Positions 10,093-20,314 of a stretch of DNA of 64,000 bases are shown piece after piece (positions within the stretch are counted from its first letter, which is position 1; every line of letters starts with the position of its first letter). Under the pieces are notes generated by a model. The model ran no database searches. It was not told the DNA's origin and saw nothing but the letters and a program-made list of their open reading frames with translations. The position numbers and the translations under genes are program-made. Origin of the DNA: Phycisphaeraceae bacterium (lineage in GTDB: Bacteria; Planctomycetota; Phycisphaerae; Phycisphaerales; Phycisphaeraceae); assembly GCA_963674705.1 (NCBI GenBank), contig OY771506.1, positions 5,475,118 to 5,539,117 of the forward strand. Reading direction: 5' to 3'.

Positions 10093-10971
10093 TTAATTGA
10101 AATAGTACGCGTTATTTTCTTCGTCGAGTTTGAATTCAAACAGGTCCGGCTCACCGGCCTTGATGCCTTCTACCGTGAAAGTAGTCTTACCAAAAGATTC
10201 GGCATGGCCGTCCATCAGCACGATATTAACTCTTTCTTTGTGCCGGAATCGCGGGTATGTCCCCGCACTGTCTTTGACAACCTCCTGCAGATTACCCGCA
10301 TTGACCATCTGTACCGTAACGGCCGTGTGGGTCTCGTTGATCCCGGGCGGCTTGCGACCTGAATCACTCAGCAGATACGTTGTGGTTGGACGGGGCAGCA
10401 TGTCTACGATGGGCCCGCCCTTGTACTTGTTCTTAGCAGGCACAGCGAATGAAACCTGGCCGGGGAACTGGATATTGAACATCAAGGGGTTCCAAGTATC
10501 ACGAGCAGTCATAATGCGGCTTTGGTCAACACCATAACCACCACCCCAGCCACTTTGAGGAACACCACGCCCATCGGCAATCATCTCGTCGTTCTCGACG
10601 ACCGGACAATGCCAGATGCCTTTGTAAGCCCCACGGATATCATCTTGCGTAAAGCCGTTGGGCCAGTCATTGGCTCGGCCATCAGGCAAGTACCCGCCAT
10701 CGATCAAGAGATCGTAATAAAAACCCTTGTCCAAAGCACCGTAGGTGATGAAGCACCACGGCATCCTCATCTTGTTATCCGTAGCGTATGCGTAGAAACC
10801 TGTCCCGAGCTGTTTTGTGTTTGACAAGCAAACCGTCGCCCGCGCGGTTTCTCTAGCAGCACCCAACGCCGGCAGGAGGATCCCGACCAACAGGGCGATG
10901 ATGGAAATAACCACAAGCAATTCGATGAGTGTGAATCCGCATCGGGCGGTGCGATTGCGTGAAACGTCCAT
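10093..10971 (-). CDS. Prepilin-type N-terminal cleavage/methylation protein with H-X9-DG motif (DUF1559-like)
   Basis: [46 protein letters not shown]-terminal [16 protein letters not shown]. Confidence 0.9.
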   Translation of the reverse strand: MDVSRNRTARCGFTLIELLVVISIIALLVGILLPALGAARETARATVCLSNTKQLGTGFYAYATDNKMRMPWCFITYGALDKGFYYDLLIDGGYLPDGRANDWPNGFTQDDIRGAYKGIWHCPVVENDEMIADGRGVPQSGWGGGYGVDQSRIMTARDTWNPLMFNIQFPGQVSFAVPAKNKYKGGPIVDMLPRPTTTYLLSDSGRKPPGINETHTAVTVQMVNAGNLQEVVKDSAGTYPRFRHKERVNIVLMDGHAESFGKTTFTVEGIKAGEPDLFEFKLDEENNAYYFN

Positions 10972-11112
10972 TAGAATCGGCTCCATCCAAGCAGTGTGCG
11001 ATGTGTTTGAATTGACATCCATCGCTATTCGAACAACCAGTTACCTGGAAAGGCGACGATGCCAAGATACGGCCTTTCACCCTCCAAGCTCTCTTACAGG
11101 TACTTAAAATAC

Positions 11113-11390
11113 ACACAATACGGTATTGTGTCAACCGTATTTCAACCACCAAAACAAAGAATCCGCCAAGACCAAGATTGATGTCTTTAAGTCATTTTTT
11201 AACAATTTATTACATCAATACAAAATATTCGCATATCAGGGCTGCTTTTACCCTCTAGCCGTATGACAGAAAGGCGTATTGATACACCTGGGAGTTTAAA
11301 ATTGTCCTTAACGGGCTAAAAATGCGGGATTTGAGCTTCGCTTCGATCAATCATGGGTGTGGTGTATCAAGGTGTATTAACCGTACCTCA
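11113..11390. promoter_or_regulatory. AT-rich promoter region with candidate operator sites
   Basis: Perfect 9-1-9 palindrome acacaatac-g-gtattgtgt (11113-11131). GGTGTATYAA three times (11279-11288 on minus, 11361-11370, 11371-11380). Confidence 0.5.
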
Positions 11391-11447
11391 AACCCATACA
11401 CTCTCGATGGCGGCCAAGTCGAAAGCATATATCCACCCGAATCAGGC

Positions 11448-12494
11448 CTAGATCGATGCCGACTGCTCCTCCACGATCCGACACCATTCGTCATAAGCTG
11501 CGATTGCGGTCGGTGGGTTCACGGATAACTCGAACGCCACTTGCGCGATGATCCCGCCGGACGGGTCGTACAGATGTTTGGCCACCTCTCGTACTGCGCG
11601 TCGGCCGTCGTCCGGATTGGTCGAGGGCAAGATGTGTTGGCGATCGATTTCACCCCAGAACGTGATCTTGCCTTTGACGGTTTTGGCGAGTTCGGCCATG
11701 TCCATGCAGAACAGTTGCGAGTTCACCGCGTCGATGCCGGCTTCGACCAGGTCGGGCATGATCGCCTGGATGTTGCCATCCGAGTGCATGAAGATCAACT
11801 TGCCCGCATCGTGTGCGATCTTGGCGTACTGGGCGTACATCGGCTTGAAGACTTCACGCCACGCGTCCGGACGGATCAGCAGACGATCCTGGCTGCCCCA
11901 GTCGTCGAGATAGAAGAGTGCATCGACATCCGTCGTGGCCCAGAACTCGAACTCGCGCAGGTTGTATTCGTGGACGGCCCGCAAAACGTTCTGCGTCAAG
12001 TCGGTCGGATCGGCTATGTCCATCATGGCGTTTTCTGAGCCGCGCAGGAACTGATAGCGCTCCCAGGGACGGACGTTGCCAGGTGTCATGACGAACAGGT
12101 CTGTCTCGGCGCAGAAGCGGTTGATCCTGTCCTTCGCATCGGCAGGCATGTTATCGAGGATGTGGTGCGGCGCTTTGAAGTGCTTGCACGCTTCATCATC
12201 AGCCAGCGGCGGGTTCTTCACCTCCCCCACCGCTCCGGCCTGGATGTTGTCGAACACGCAGCCCCACTCGTCGGTTGATTGGCCGACAATGTAAGGATTG
12301 CCCTTGCGGTATTGATCGCTATCAAACGCATCCGGCGCACGGCAGATGTCTTCGGGATAGTCCCGACGGATCTGAGCCAGCGCATCACGCTGATGCTCTT
12401 CGGACCAAGGCAACGTCCACAAATCACGCGGCGGACGTGCTGGATGCTCAAAACGTAAAGCGGCGATCGTCAGTTCACGGGATGTCGGAGGCAT
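11448..12494 (-). CDS. Uroporphyrinogen-decarboxylase-fold (URO-D) methyltransferase-like protein
   Basis: STDEWGCV, LRGSENAMMD, YLDDWGSQDRLLIRP, FMHSDGNI, FWGEIDRQHILP. Confidence 0.85.
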   Translation of the reverse strand: MPPTSRELTIAALRFEHPARPPRDLWTLPWSEEHQRDALAQIRRDYPEDICRAPDAFDSDQYRKGNPYIVGQSTDEWGCVFDNIQAGAVGEVKNPPLADDEACKHFKAPHHILDNMPADAKDRINRFCAETDLFVMTPGNVRPWERYQFLRGSENAMMDIADPTDLTQNVLRAVHEYNLREFEFWATTDVDALFYLDDWGSQDRLLIRPDAWREVFKPMYAQYAKIAHDAGKLIFMHSDGNIQAIMPDLVEAGIDAVNSQLFCMDMAELAKTVKGKITFWGEIDRQHILPSTNPDDGRRAVREVAKHLYDPSGGIIAQVAFELSVNPPTAIAAYDEWCRIVEEQSASI

Positions 12495-12515
12495 GGGGTT
12501 ACTCGGGTCTGGGGT

Positions 12516-12620
12516 GGATTTATGATTTGTGTTTTATGAATTAGGATTTTAATTGCTAATTGTTAATCGCTAATCTCTTGGTATCGACTTCTTACTAATG
12601 GCTAAGGTCTAATGGCTTCA
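12516..12620. repeat. AT-rich degenerate heptamer repeats
   Basis: taattgc taattgt taatcgc taatctc ... ctaatgg ctaaggt ctaatgg. Confidence 0.55.
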
Positions 12621-12621
12621 T

Positions 12622-13761
12622 CTATCCCTTCACGGCTCCGCTGCTCAGGCCTTCGATGAACTCGCGTTGGAGCATGAGGAACAGGAGCATGACGGGGGCG
12701 ATGGAGACGAGGGTGCCGGCCATGAGCATGCCGTAGTCCTGGCCGTACTCACTACGCAGTTGCGCGACGGCGACAGACAGGGGCAACATCTCGGGGCTCT
12801 TGATGATAATCTGCGCGCCGATGTAGTTATTCCACGCGCCGAGGAAGGTAATCAAGATGAACGTGCCGACCATCGGTCGGACCATGGGCAGCGCGAAGCT
12901 GAAGAACAGTTTGAACTCGCCACAGCCGTCGATGCGGCCGGCCTCTAGCATTTCATCGGGCAGGCTGGAGATCATCGCCTGACGGAACAGGTACACGCCG
13001 AACGCCGGCGCAAGCCCGGGCACGATTAGGCCGGGGAATGAATCGAGCATGCCGAACCAGTAGAGCAGTTGATACGTCGGCGCGAACAGCAACGACCCCG
13101 GGACGATCAACAAAATCAATACTGCGCTGGTGATGGATTCTCTACCAAAGAAACGGAACTTCGCCAGCGCGTAGCCACCCATGGCTGCAAACAAGGTTGC
13201 GAGCACGCTCGATACCGAAGCGATAAACAGTGAGTTGACGACGTTGCGCAGGAAGTTCTGCTCGCTCATCAGGCGTTTGAAGTGATGAACGGTGAGTTGC
13301 CCCCAGGCGATGCCGAGGAAACCGTGCGGATTACCTTCTGCGATTTCGTAACGCACGCCCTCTTGCGATGATGCCAAGACATCGGGCGGACCTTTGATAG
13401 GTTGGCCCTTAATGTCAGTCATTTTCAAGCTGTATTCAACTTCTTCGGTATCGGGGTTATCGTCGCGCGTGACGGTGGCGATAACTTCCGCGTCATCGAT
13501 CACACGGTCTTCACGCACATCGCACATCGCGACACGCAGTGTAAAGTCCTTGGTTTGCAGGCCGTCCATGTGGGTGGTATCGACCAGGCCCAATGCGCCG
13601 GTGGTAGCTTCGATCTCGAACAGGCCGCTGGTCGGCAGGAAGGGTGAACTGAAAAAGGCTTTACGCGTTTTGAATGCGGAGCACACGAGATACACGAACG
13701 GCACGAGCGTGATCAGCGTCAGCACCAGCAGTGGGCCATAGATGGAAAATCTGCGAAACAT
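12622..13761 (-). CDS. Carbohydrate ABC transporter permease (MalG-type) with ~105-aa extracytoplasmic insertion
   Basis: EAA loop LPDEMLEAGRIDG, FLGAWNNY, terminal QREFIEGLSSGAVKG. Confidence 0.9.
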   Translation of the reverse strand: MFRRFSIYGPLLVLTLITLVPFVYLVCSAFKTRKAFFSSPFLPTSGLFEIEATTGALGLVDTTHMDGLQTKDFTLRVAMCDVREDRVIDDAEVIATVTRDDNPDTEEVEYSLKMTDIKGQPIKGPPDVLASSQEGVRYEIAEGNPHGFLGIAWGQLTVHHFKRLMSEQNFLRNVVNSLFIASVSSVLATLFAAMGGYALAKFRFFGRESITSAVLILLIVPGSLLFAPTYQLLYWFGMLDSFPGLIVPGLAPAFGVYLFRQAMISSLPDEMLEAGRIDGCGEFKLFFSFALPMVRPMVGTFILITFLGAWNNYIGAQIIIKSPEMLPLSVAVAQLRSEYGQDYGMLMAGTLVSIAPVMLLFLMLQREFIEGLSSGAVKG

Positions 13762-14643
13762 CTATTGCTCCGAAGTCCGAGAGATCCAGCGTTGAATCAT
13801 GGCAAACACAAACAGCAGCATCGCCAGCGACCAGCCGATCGCGCTGGCTAGACCGAGGTCCTGCTGGTCCCAGCCCATTTGAAACAGGTACATCACGACG
13901 GTCAATCCCTGGTTGTCCGAGCCGGCGCCGCTGAGCAGCACGTAAGGCAGGTCAAACAATTGGAAGCTGCCGATCAAAGACAAAAGCACGACAAACGTGC
14001 CCACCGGACGGATCGCGGGGACCGTCACATGCAGGAAGCGTTGCCAGGTGTTGGCCCCGTCGACCATCGCCGCTTCGACAAGCTGCTTCTCGACGTTCTG
14101 CAAAGCCGCAAGGAAGTAGATCATGTTGAACCCGGCGAACATCCACAGCGCTGCGATGATCAGCGTGGGCATCACGTATTCCTGCAGCCAGGGGAACTCC
14201 GGATCGAAGCCGGGGAAGACGCTGTGCAGTGCGACGTTTACCAGCCCGGTGTTCTTCTCGAAGATCAGGCTGAACATCATCGCGACGAAAACGAGTCCGA
14301 CGAGTGACGGCGAGAAGAAGATCAAACGGAAGATCGCCCGGCCTCGCACATCGGGGCGATTCAACAATAGCGCCAAACCCAGTGATATCGGCAACTGAAC
14401 CAGGACCGAGCCCGCAGCGAAGATGGTTGTGTTCCTGACCGCTTTCCAGAAAAGCGGATCGGTCGCGAGGAACTTGAAGTTATCCAGGCCGACGAAGGCG
14501 CTACGGCTCGGGCCGAACGTCTGCTTCATCGACAGGATGACCGAGTGATACAACGGGTATGCGATGAAGACGACCAGCAACACCAGGAACGGTGAGAGGA
14601 AGACGTAAGGCACCCAGCGGTTGTGACGGGTCGTCGCGGTCAT
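13762..14643 (-). CDS. Carbohydrate ABC transporter permease (MalF/UgpA-type)
   Basis: FVGLDNF, LAALQNV..LVEAAMVDGAN.WQRF.HVT.P. Confidence 0.92.
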   Translation of the reverse strand: MTATTRHNRWVPYVFLSPFLVLLVVFIAYPLYHSVILSMKQTFGPSRSAFVGLDNFKFLATDPLFWKAVRNTTIFAAGSVLVQLPISLGLALLLNRPDVRGRAIFRLIFFSPSLVGLVFVAMMFSLIFEKNTGLVNVALHSVFPGFDPEFPWLQEYVMPTLIIAALWMFAGFNMIYFLAALQNVEKQLVEAAMVDGANTWQRFLHVTVPAIRPVGTFVVLLSLIGSFQLFDLPYVLLSGAGSDNQGLTVVMYLFQMGWDQQDLGLASAIGWSLAMLLFVFAMIQRWISRTSEQ

Positions 14644-14645
14644 GA

Positions 14646-16049
14646 TTATTCTTCAGGATCGCCTTTCAGGAATACGTTGCGGTCCATCAGTTGGCGGACC
14701 TTGGCTTCTGCTTCGGCGAGCAATCGTTTTGCCTCGGGTTCGAGTGACTCGGCGTCATACACTTCGTTTTTCACCGCGTAGTCATACAGAGCGATGACGG
14801 CTTCCTGCGTACGCGCTAATGCGAGGTTGTTGAACGGTGAAGAGGTGCGCAGCGGTACGTCCGGGGCCATGTTGATGAAGATGCGTCCGGCGGGCTGGCC
14901 GCTGAAGTATGGGTCCGGCTCGTCGTAGACTGGCAGGTCCCAGAACTCACGCACAGGCGTGATGATCGAGTTGGATCGGTACAACTCCTCCGCCAGATCG
15001 CGATCAAGATACAGGTGCTTGGCGAACGCCCAGGAATCTTCAAAATCATCCGAAGCCTTGGCGATACCGAGCATCGTTCCGCCCATGACACCGGTACGTC
15101 GGCCGCCCTTTTCCCATGCAGGTAGCGGCATCAGTTTGAGTTTCCCGCTTAAGCCTTGCAGGTCGACCTTCCATGCGCCGGCCATCCAGTCGGCCATCAG
15201 TTCGCAGACAACGCGGCCTTCAAGACGTAGGAAGTTGCCCGATGCAGTGAACGCAGGCGCATCGATTGCGATACGATCCGGGCCGACCATCCACGATACA
15301 CATGTTGCGATCACATGCGCGTTGATGTCCGAATCGATCGTCGGCTCGAGGTTCTCATCGAACATGCCGCCACCGGCCTGCTGTAACAGCACCTCGATAT
15401 GCCCGATGCCGCTATTCCATAGGAACAAGGGATACCGGTCGGCTTTGCCGTCGCCATCAAGGTCCTGCACAAGCGGGCGCGTCACACGGGCGAAGTCTTC
15501 CCATGTCTCGATCGATTCCATGTCGATACCCGCTGCTTCGACGATGTCTGCACGGTATGCGAGCGCGACAGGATGTACATCGTGGGGCAGGCCGAAGATC
15601 CGTCCGCGACTCGTCCACGGGCTGAACGAGGCTTCGTTGATCCTCTCGTAGATCCCTTCTTCCTTGAGCCGATCGGTGAGATCGACAAAGCCGACATCTT
15701 CAATCGGTCCGGAGAACGCGAGGCACGCCATGTTGCGTTCGGCTTCGATGAGGTCGGCGACGGGTGTGCCTGAGAGGAAGCCGGCCATCAAGCGTTGACG
15801 CATGGCGGTGCCGTCAAGAAGATAACAGTTCACCGGTTCCGGGCAGTTCGGATCATCGTTCCATTCCTTGATGACACCCTGGTACATCTGATGATGCACT
15901 CGGTAGAACGTCCACATCTCGAGCCCTTCTCGCTGCGGGACGCGCCACAACAAAATGACAGCGGTGGACACGATGGCGGTCGCCATCACGACCCATGCAC
16001 CGGGAGAGAATCCCGTAGAGAACAACAGTTCTGACAGTCGGCGTTTCAT
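14646..16049 (-). CDS. Carbohydrate ABC transporter substrate-binding protein
   Basis: N-terminal anchor, GRIFGLPHDVHPVALAYRAD, GGTMLGI. Start moved to MKRRLS. Confidence 0.88.
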   Translation of the reverse strand: MKRRLSELLFSTGFSPGAWVVMATAIVSTAVILLWRVPQREGLEMWTFYRVHHQMYQGVIKEWNDDPNCPEPVNCYLLDGTAMRQRLMAGFLSGTPVADLIEAERNMACLAFSGPIEDVGFVDLTDRLKEEGIYERINEASFSPWTSRGRIFGLPHDVHPVALAYRADIVEAAGIDMESIETWEDFARVTRPLVQDLDGDGKADRYPLFLWNSGIGHIEVLLQQAGGGMFDENLEPTIDSDINAHVIATCVSWMVGPDRIAIDAPAFTASGNFLRLEGRVVCELMADWMAGAWKVDLQGLSGKLKLMPLPAWEKGGRRTGVMGGTMLGIAKASDDFEDSWAFAKHLYLDRDLAEELYRSNSIITPVREFWDLPVYDEPDPYFSGQPAGRIFINMAPDVPLRTSSPFNNLALARTQEAVIALYDYAVKNEVYDAESLEPEAKRLLAEAEAKVRQLMDRNVFLKGDPEE

Positions 16050-16080
16050 CTTGTCTTCGGCTTTGATTGCAGGCCGAACC

Positions 16081-18222
16081 TTAACCCCGGACCTCAAACT
16101 CCAAGCTTAATGGCGAGGCGCCTCCAAGCGCGGCCGCGCGCGGGTCGGGCGAGCAACCGCCGACCCATATCGTGTAAGTACCTTCCAGATGTCGTGCGCT
16201 GCCGTCGGCGTGAACGGTTGCAAGCGACTGCGGATCAATCGACAAACTTAATTCGCATTGCTCGCCGGGCTTTAAGCTGACGCGCTGTATACCCGCAAGC
16301 GCATACTTCGGCACAGGTGCATCACCCTGCGGAACTTTTACATAAATCTGCACGACCTCATCGGAGGTTATCGCGCCGGAATTTTTCACTTCGACATTCA
16401 GTGCGATCGAGTAACCACATTTTGGTTTTACATTTTTCAGTGCTAGTTCGCTGTACTCGAATGTGGTGTAGCTTAACCCGAAGCCAAACGGATAGAGCGG
16501 CTCAGCGGTTGCGTAACGGTACGTCCGCCCGTTCATCGAATAATCATCGAACGGCGGCAGGTCGTCGACGGAATTCGGCACGGTGACCGGCAAACGCCCG
16601 GATGGACTCACATCGCCGAACAACACATCCGCCACCGCAGCCCCGCCCTGCTCGCCCGGGTACCAGACCTGCAATACCGCATCGGCAAGCTCGTGTTCTT
16701 CAGTGATCGATATCGCAGAACCGCCGGTTAAGACAAGCACAACAGGGGTACCTAAGCCGGTGATTTTGCGGATGAATTGACGCTGACAATCCGGCAGGCC
16801 TAACGAATCGCGGTCGCCAGCCAAAGGCGAAGCGATTGTGTCCCCTTCTTCGCCTTCGATGATCGGCGATAAGCCCATCACCGCGATAACGATATCCGAC
16901 TGCTTTACGTCGTAGCGTATGACATCAACCGGGCTGCTGTTTTCTTTATCCAATTGACAGGACATCCGGTACGCCACGGTGACACCTTCGCCGGCCGCAT
17001 CGCAGATGCCTTCAAGGATCGTAGTCATGTTGCCTGAGATGCCGTGGTAGTTACCCATCAGCACATCCATGTTCGAAGCGTTCGGCCCAACGACCAGCAC
17101 ACGCTTGATGTTTTGCCTGAGCGGCAGTGTTCCGTGACGATTCTTCAGCAGCACGATTGATTTTGCTGCCGATTCGCGCGCCAGTTCGCGATGCTTTTCG
17201 CAATTCACAACACCCATCGATGTCTGTGCAAACGGCACACGCTCAGGCGGATCGAACATCCCGAGCTTGAAGCGTGTCTCCAGCAAACGGCGCAGACTGC
17301 GATCGATATCCTGCTCGGTCAGCAAGCCTTGTTCAATGGCGTTGTTCAGTTCCGCGTAAGCACAGCCACAATTCAGGTCGCAACCGGCCTTGACCGCCAG
17401 CGCCGCGGCTTCCGCCAGCGTATTTACTATCTTGTGGTTTTCGTGGATATCTCTCACCGCCCAGCAGTCGGAAACGACGTGGCCTTTGAATCCCCATGCT
17501 CCCCGCAGCGTATCGACAAGCAGCGTCTGGCTGGCACATGCGGCTTCGCCGTTGACGCGATTGTACGCCCCCATCACCGCTTCGACACCCGTATCCACCA
17601 GCGCTTTGAACGCGGGCAGATAGGTCTCGGTCATGTCTTTCGGATTTGCAATCGCATCGAAGTGATGCCGATCTTTCTCCGGCCCGCTGTGTACCGCGAA
17701 GTGTTTGGCACATGCGGCAGCCTTGAGATAGCTCGGGTCATCTCCCTGTAAACCCTGCACGAACGCGATACCGATCTGCGATGTCAGGTACGGGTCTTCA
17801 CCGTAGGTCTCCTGCCCCCGCCCCCAGCGCGGATCGCGGAAGATGTTGATATTCGGCGTCCAGAACGTCAGACCACGATAGATACCGCGATTACCCTGAC
17901 GTGAAGCTTCATGATGTTTGGCACGCCCCTCGTCTGCAACAACAGAAGCAACCTGCTTGATCAGTTTGGGATCAAACGTCGCCGCCATGCCGATGGCCTG
18001 CGGGAACACGGTCGCCCGTCCGGCACGCGAGATGCCATGGAGGCACTCGTTCCACCAATTGTATTCAGGGATGCCTAACCGCTCGATCGCTTCGGCGTTA
18101 TAGAGCAACTGCCCGCATTTTTCTGCAAGCGTCAATCGACCCATCAGGTCGTTGATCCGCTGATCTCTTGGCAGATCGGGGTCCAGGTAGGCTTCGGCCT
18201 GCGCCGGCGAGTCGCTGCTCAT
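16081..18222 (-). CDS. GH3 beta-xylosidase/beta-glucosidase
   Basis: WWNECLHG, RDPRWGRGQETYGEDP, AKHFAVHSGPE, VVSDCWA nucleophile, Fn3 C-terminus. Start moved to MSSDS (GGAG upstream). Confidence 0.93.
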   Translation of the reverse strand: MSSDSPAQAEAYLDPDLPRDQRINDLMGRLTLAEKCGQLLYNAEAIERLGIPEYNWWNECLHGISRAGRATVFPQAIGMAATFDPKLIKQVASVVADEGRAKHHEASRQGNRGIYRGLTFWTPNINIFRDPRWGRGQETYGEDPYLTSQIGIAFVQGLQGDDPSYLKAAACAKHFAVHSGPEKDRHHFDAIANPKDMTETYLPAFKALVDTGVEAVMGAYNRVNGEAACASQTLLVDTLRGAWGFKGHVVSDCWAVRDIHENHKIVNTLAEAAALAVKAGCDLNCGCAYAELNNAIEQGLLTEQDIDRSLRRLLETRFKLGMFDPPERVPFAQTSMGVVNCEKHRELARESAAKSIVLLKNRHGTLPLRQNIKRVLVVGPNASNMDVLMGNYHGISGNMTTILEGICDAAGEGVTVAYRMSCQLDKENSSPVDVIRYDVKQSDIVIAVMGLSPIIEGEEGDTIASPLAGDRDSLGLPDCQRQFIRKITGLGTPVVLVLTGGSAISITEEHELADAVLQVWYPGEQGGAAVADVLFGDVSPSGRLPVTVPNSVDDLPPFDDYSMNGRTYRYATAEPLYPFGFGLSYTTFEYSELALKNVKPKCGYSIALNVEVKNSGAITSDEVVQIYVKVPQGDAPVPKYALAGIQRVSLKPGEQCELSLSIDPQSLATVHADGSARHLEGTYTIWVGGCSPDPRAAALGGASPLSLEFEVRG

Positions 18223-18226
18223 CGGA

Positions 18227-20155
18227 TCAATGCTCCATCTTCTGGCGCTGGACCTGGCCCGGCACATTCGCGGGGGGATCGATTGAACCGTTGCGGTGCT
18301 TTTCATCGAGCTTCAACAGCTCGAAGAAGGTGTACGCATCTAAGAAGCGCACACGATCTGTTTTATCCGCTTCTTTCACGAGTTTCATCACTTCCGCGTG
18401 CCAGCTCGGTCGTTGCAGAACGCTACGGAACATCAGGAACTGTGTAGGCGAATCGTCCAGTTGCTTGAGGATATGGTCCGCCGCGTCGCGTGGGCTGTTG
18501 CTGATGTCGGCCTGGTGTTTGACGTAAGGCAATACGCCGCGGTGCAGTCCACGCTGCCCACAATTCCAATGACAAACGACGCCGTCCGGACTGAAACGCA
18601 TGTACTCGTCCATCCCCCGTTCACCTATGCCGGATGATAATCCGTCGATGATGAAACCCGTGATGGTCAGATCGTAACGTTCGTAATAAGCCTGGTTGTA
18701 TGCTACCCATTTATCCCAGCCGTCGGGTATGTCCGCATCGAGGCGCGGCGCCGTAAGCATAGATGGATTGAGATAGCCGGCGCCGTTGTCACCGCTGATA
18801 AACCAGTCGTTGGGCGACTGATGCGTGCGGACGTAATGCATCACGTGAGGTGCACGCCGATCAAGATTAGGGTTAAAGGCCCAGTTGCAGGTGATCTTGC
18901 CGTGCTGCTCGTCCGCCCAGAGCTCAGGCACGTGGCGATTGAACCATGCGGCCGCGTCATAATCCCCCATGTAGAGCATGATGTACGACTTTTCCGCAAC
19001 CTTGCCGTCCTCGTCGATCAAACCAGCCAATTCAATGTCTGCTCGGCGTGGCCTGGGATTCTGCGGGTAGTGTTTTTTCAGTGGGAAGTGCTGGTAGAAC
19101 GAAGCATTAGTCATTCCGGAATAACCTAGCGCATCGGCATCAATGAAACCGTTATAGGCGGAGACTTCCTTGACGAACTTCCATTCCGACTCTACGCCGT
19201 CGTGCTTTGAACCGGACCCTTTATAGTCTGTGTACTTCCATGCCCAGGGCGTAAACCCACCGATGTGGATGATCCCGCCATCGGCGTGGTCGTACATCGA
19301 GCGCATCAATTCGCGCAGCGTCCTGACATCCGTGCCCACCGGCTGATCAGGCTCATCGATGGGAGACTCTTCCTCCCAAACGTTCAGGTCCATGAAGAGC
19401 GCGGCATGCGAGATGAAGAAGTCGTGGTTGGTCAATGTGCAATTGGAAAGCTCGCTCTTGGTCGGCGCGGTCAGCCAGAAGCTGTCGATGTAGTAAGCCA
19501 TGTACTGCTTGGACACCTTGTGCGTATCCAGGTAATGCTTTTTCAACCAGAGATAGGCCTGGCGCTTGGTGCTGCCGGTGGGATCGGGCTCCATATCTTT
19601 GAGCCAGATCGGTTTGCCATGTTTGTCGAACAGCTCGAAGCGGTCGGCAACAAAGTTTTCACCTGTTTCGAGCACACGCCGATAGAGCGAGCCGGGCGTC
19701 TGGTCGTAACGGATCGCGGCCCGGTTTTCGACTCCCGCAATGGTGCTGGCCAGATTAGAACCAACCCAAGGTTCTTCCCGATACACCACCAGTCCATTTA
19801 ATGAGCCAGCAAAATGCGATAACAGATCCTCGATCGAATCGATCTGAGTCACATCCCGCCCGGCCAGCCAGCCGTGCTCATTACGCAGGTAATCCCACCA
19901 GAAGTCATCAGGGTTGGGCATAAACCTTATATAGAGTTTCGGCCCCTCCCGATTGACGATCCCCTGTACCGAGGCTGCGAGGTGCAAAGTATCCCAAGCC
20001 TCACGGGCTGAACGGGGATCCTTCAGGTCCAGATCATTGAGATAGGTGAGGTCCAGATACACGATGGCCGAGTCATCGCTGTGGCCGGTTGCATCGGATT
20101 CACTCACAAATACTGAATGGCTTGTAACTTGTAACATCAGCAGGATAATGACCAT
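18227..20155 (-). CDS. GxGYxYP-domain putative glycoside hydrolase
   Basis: ASVQGIVNR, YMGDYDAAAW, SGDNGAGYLNP motif. Confidence 0.8.
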   Translation of the reverse strand: MVIILLMLQVTSHSVFVSESDATGHSDDSAIVYLDLTYLNDLDLKDPRSAREAWDTLHLAASVQGIVNREGPKLYIRFMPNPDDFWWDYLRNEHGWLAGRDVTQIDSIEDLLSHFAGSLNGLVVYREEPWVGSNLASTIAGVENRAAIRYDQTPGSLYRRVLETGENFVADRFELFDKHGKPIWLKDMEPDPTGSTKRQAYLWLKKHYLDTHKVSKQYMAYYIDSFWLTAPTKSELSNCTLTNHDFFISHAALFMDLNVWEEESPIDEPDQPVGTDVRTLRELMRSMYDHADGGIIHIGGFTPWAWKYTDYKGSGSKHDGVESEWKFVKEVSAYNGFIDADALGYSGMTNASFYQHFPLKKHYPQNPRPRRADIELAGLIDEDGKVAEKSYIMLYMGDYDAAAWFNRHVPELWADEQHGKITCNWAFNPNLDRRAPHVMHYVRTHQSPNDWFISGDNGAGYLNPSMLTAPRLDADIPDGWDKWVAYNQAYYERYDLTITGFIIDGLSSGIGERGMDEYMRFSPDGVVCHWNCGQRGLHRGVLPYVKHQADISNSPRDAADHILKQLDDSPTQFLMFRSVLQRPSWHAEVMKLVKEADKTDRVRFLDAYTFFELLKLDEKHRNGSIDPPANVPGQVQRQKMEH

Positions 20156-20314
20156 CTCTGAAGAACCAGACTATTGAAGCGAGCAAATACAATTGCTACA
20201 CTAGCTTCATCAGTGTATCAAGAGTATGCCCTAAGTGCGAGTCCTTTTTCTCATAAACACTTGGAAGGACACGGCCAGCCGGTCTGCGGGCCACATTGAG
20301 AGCGAGGGAACCAA

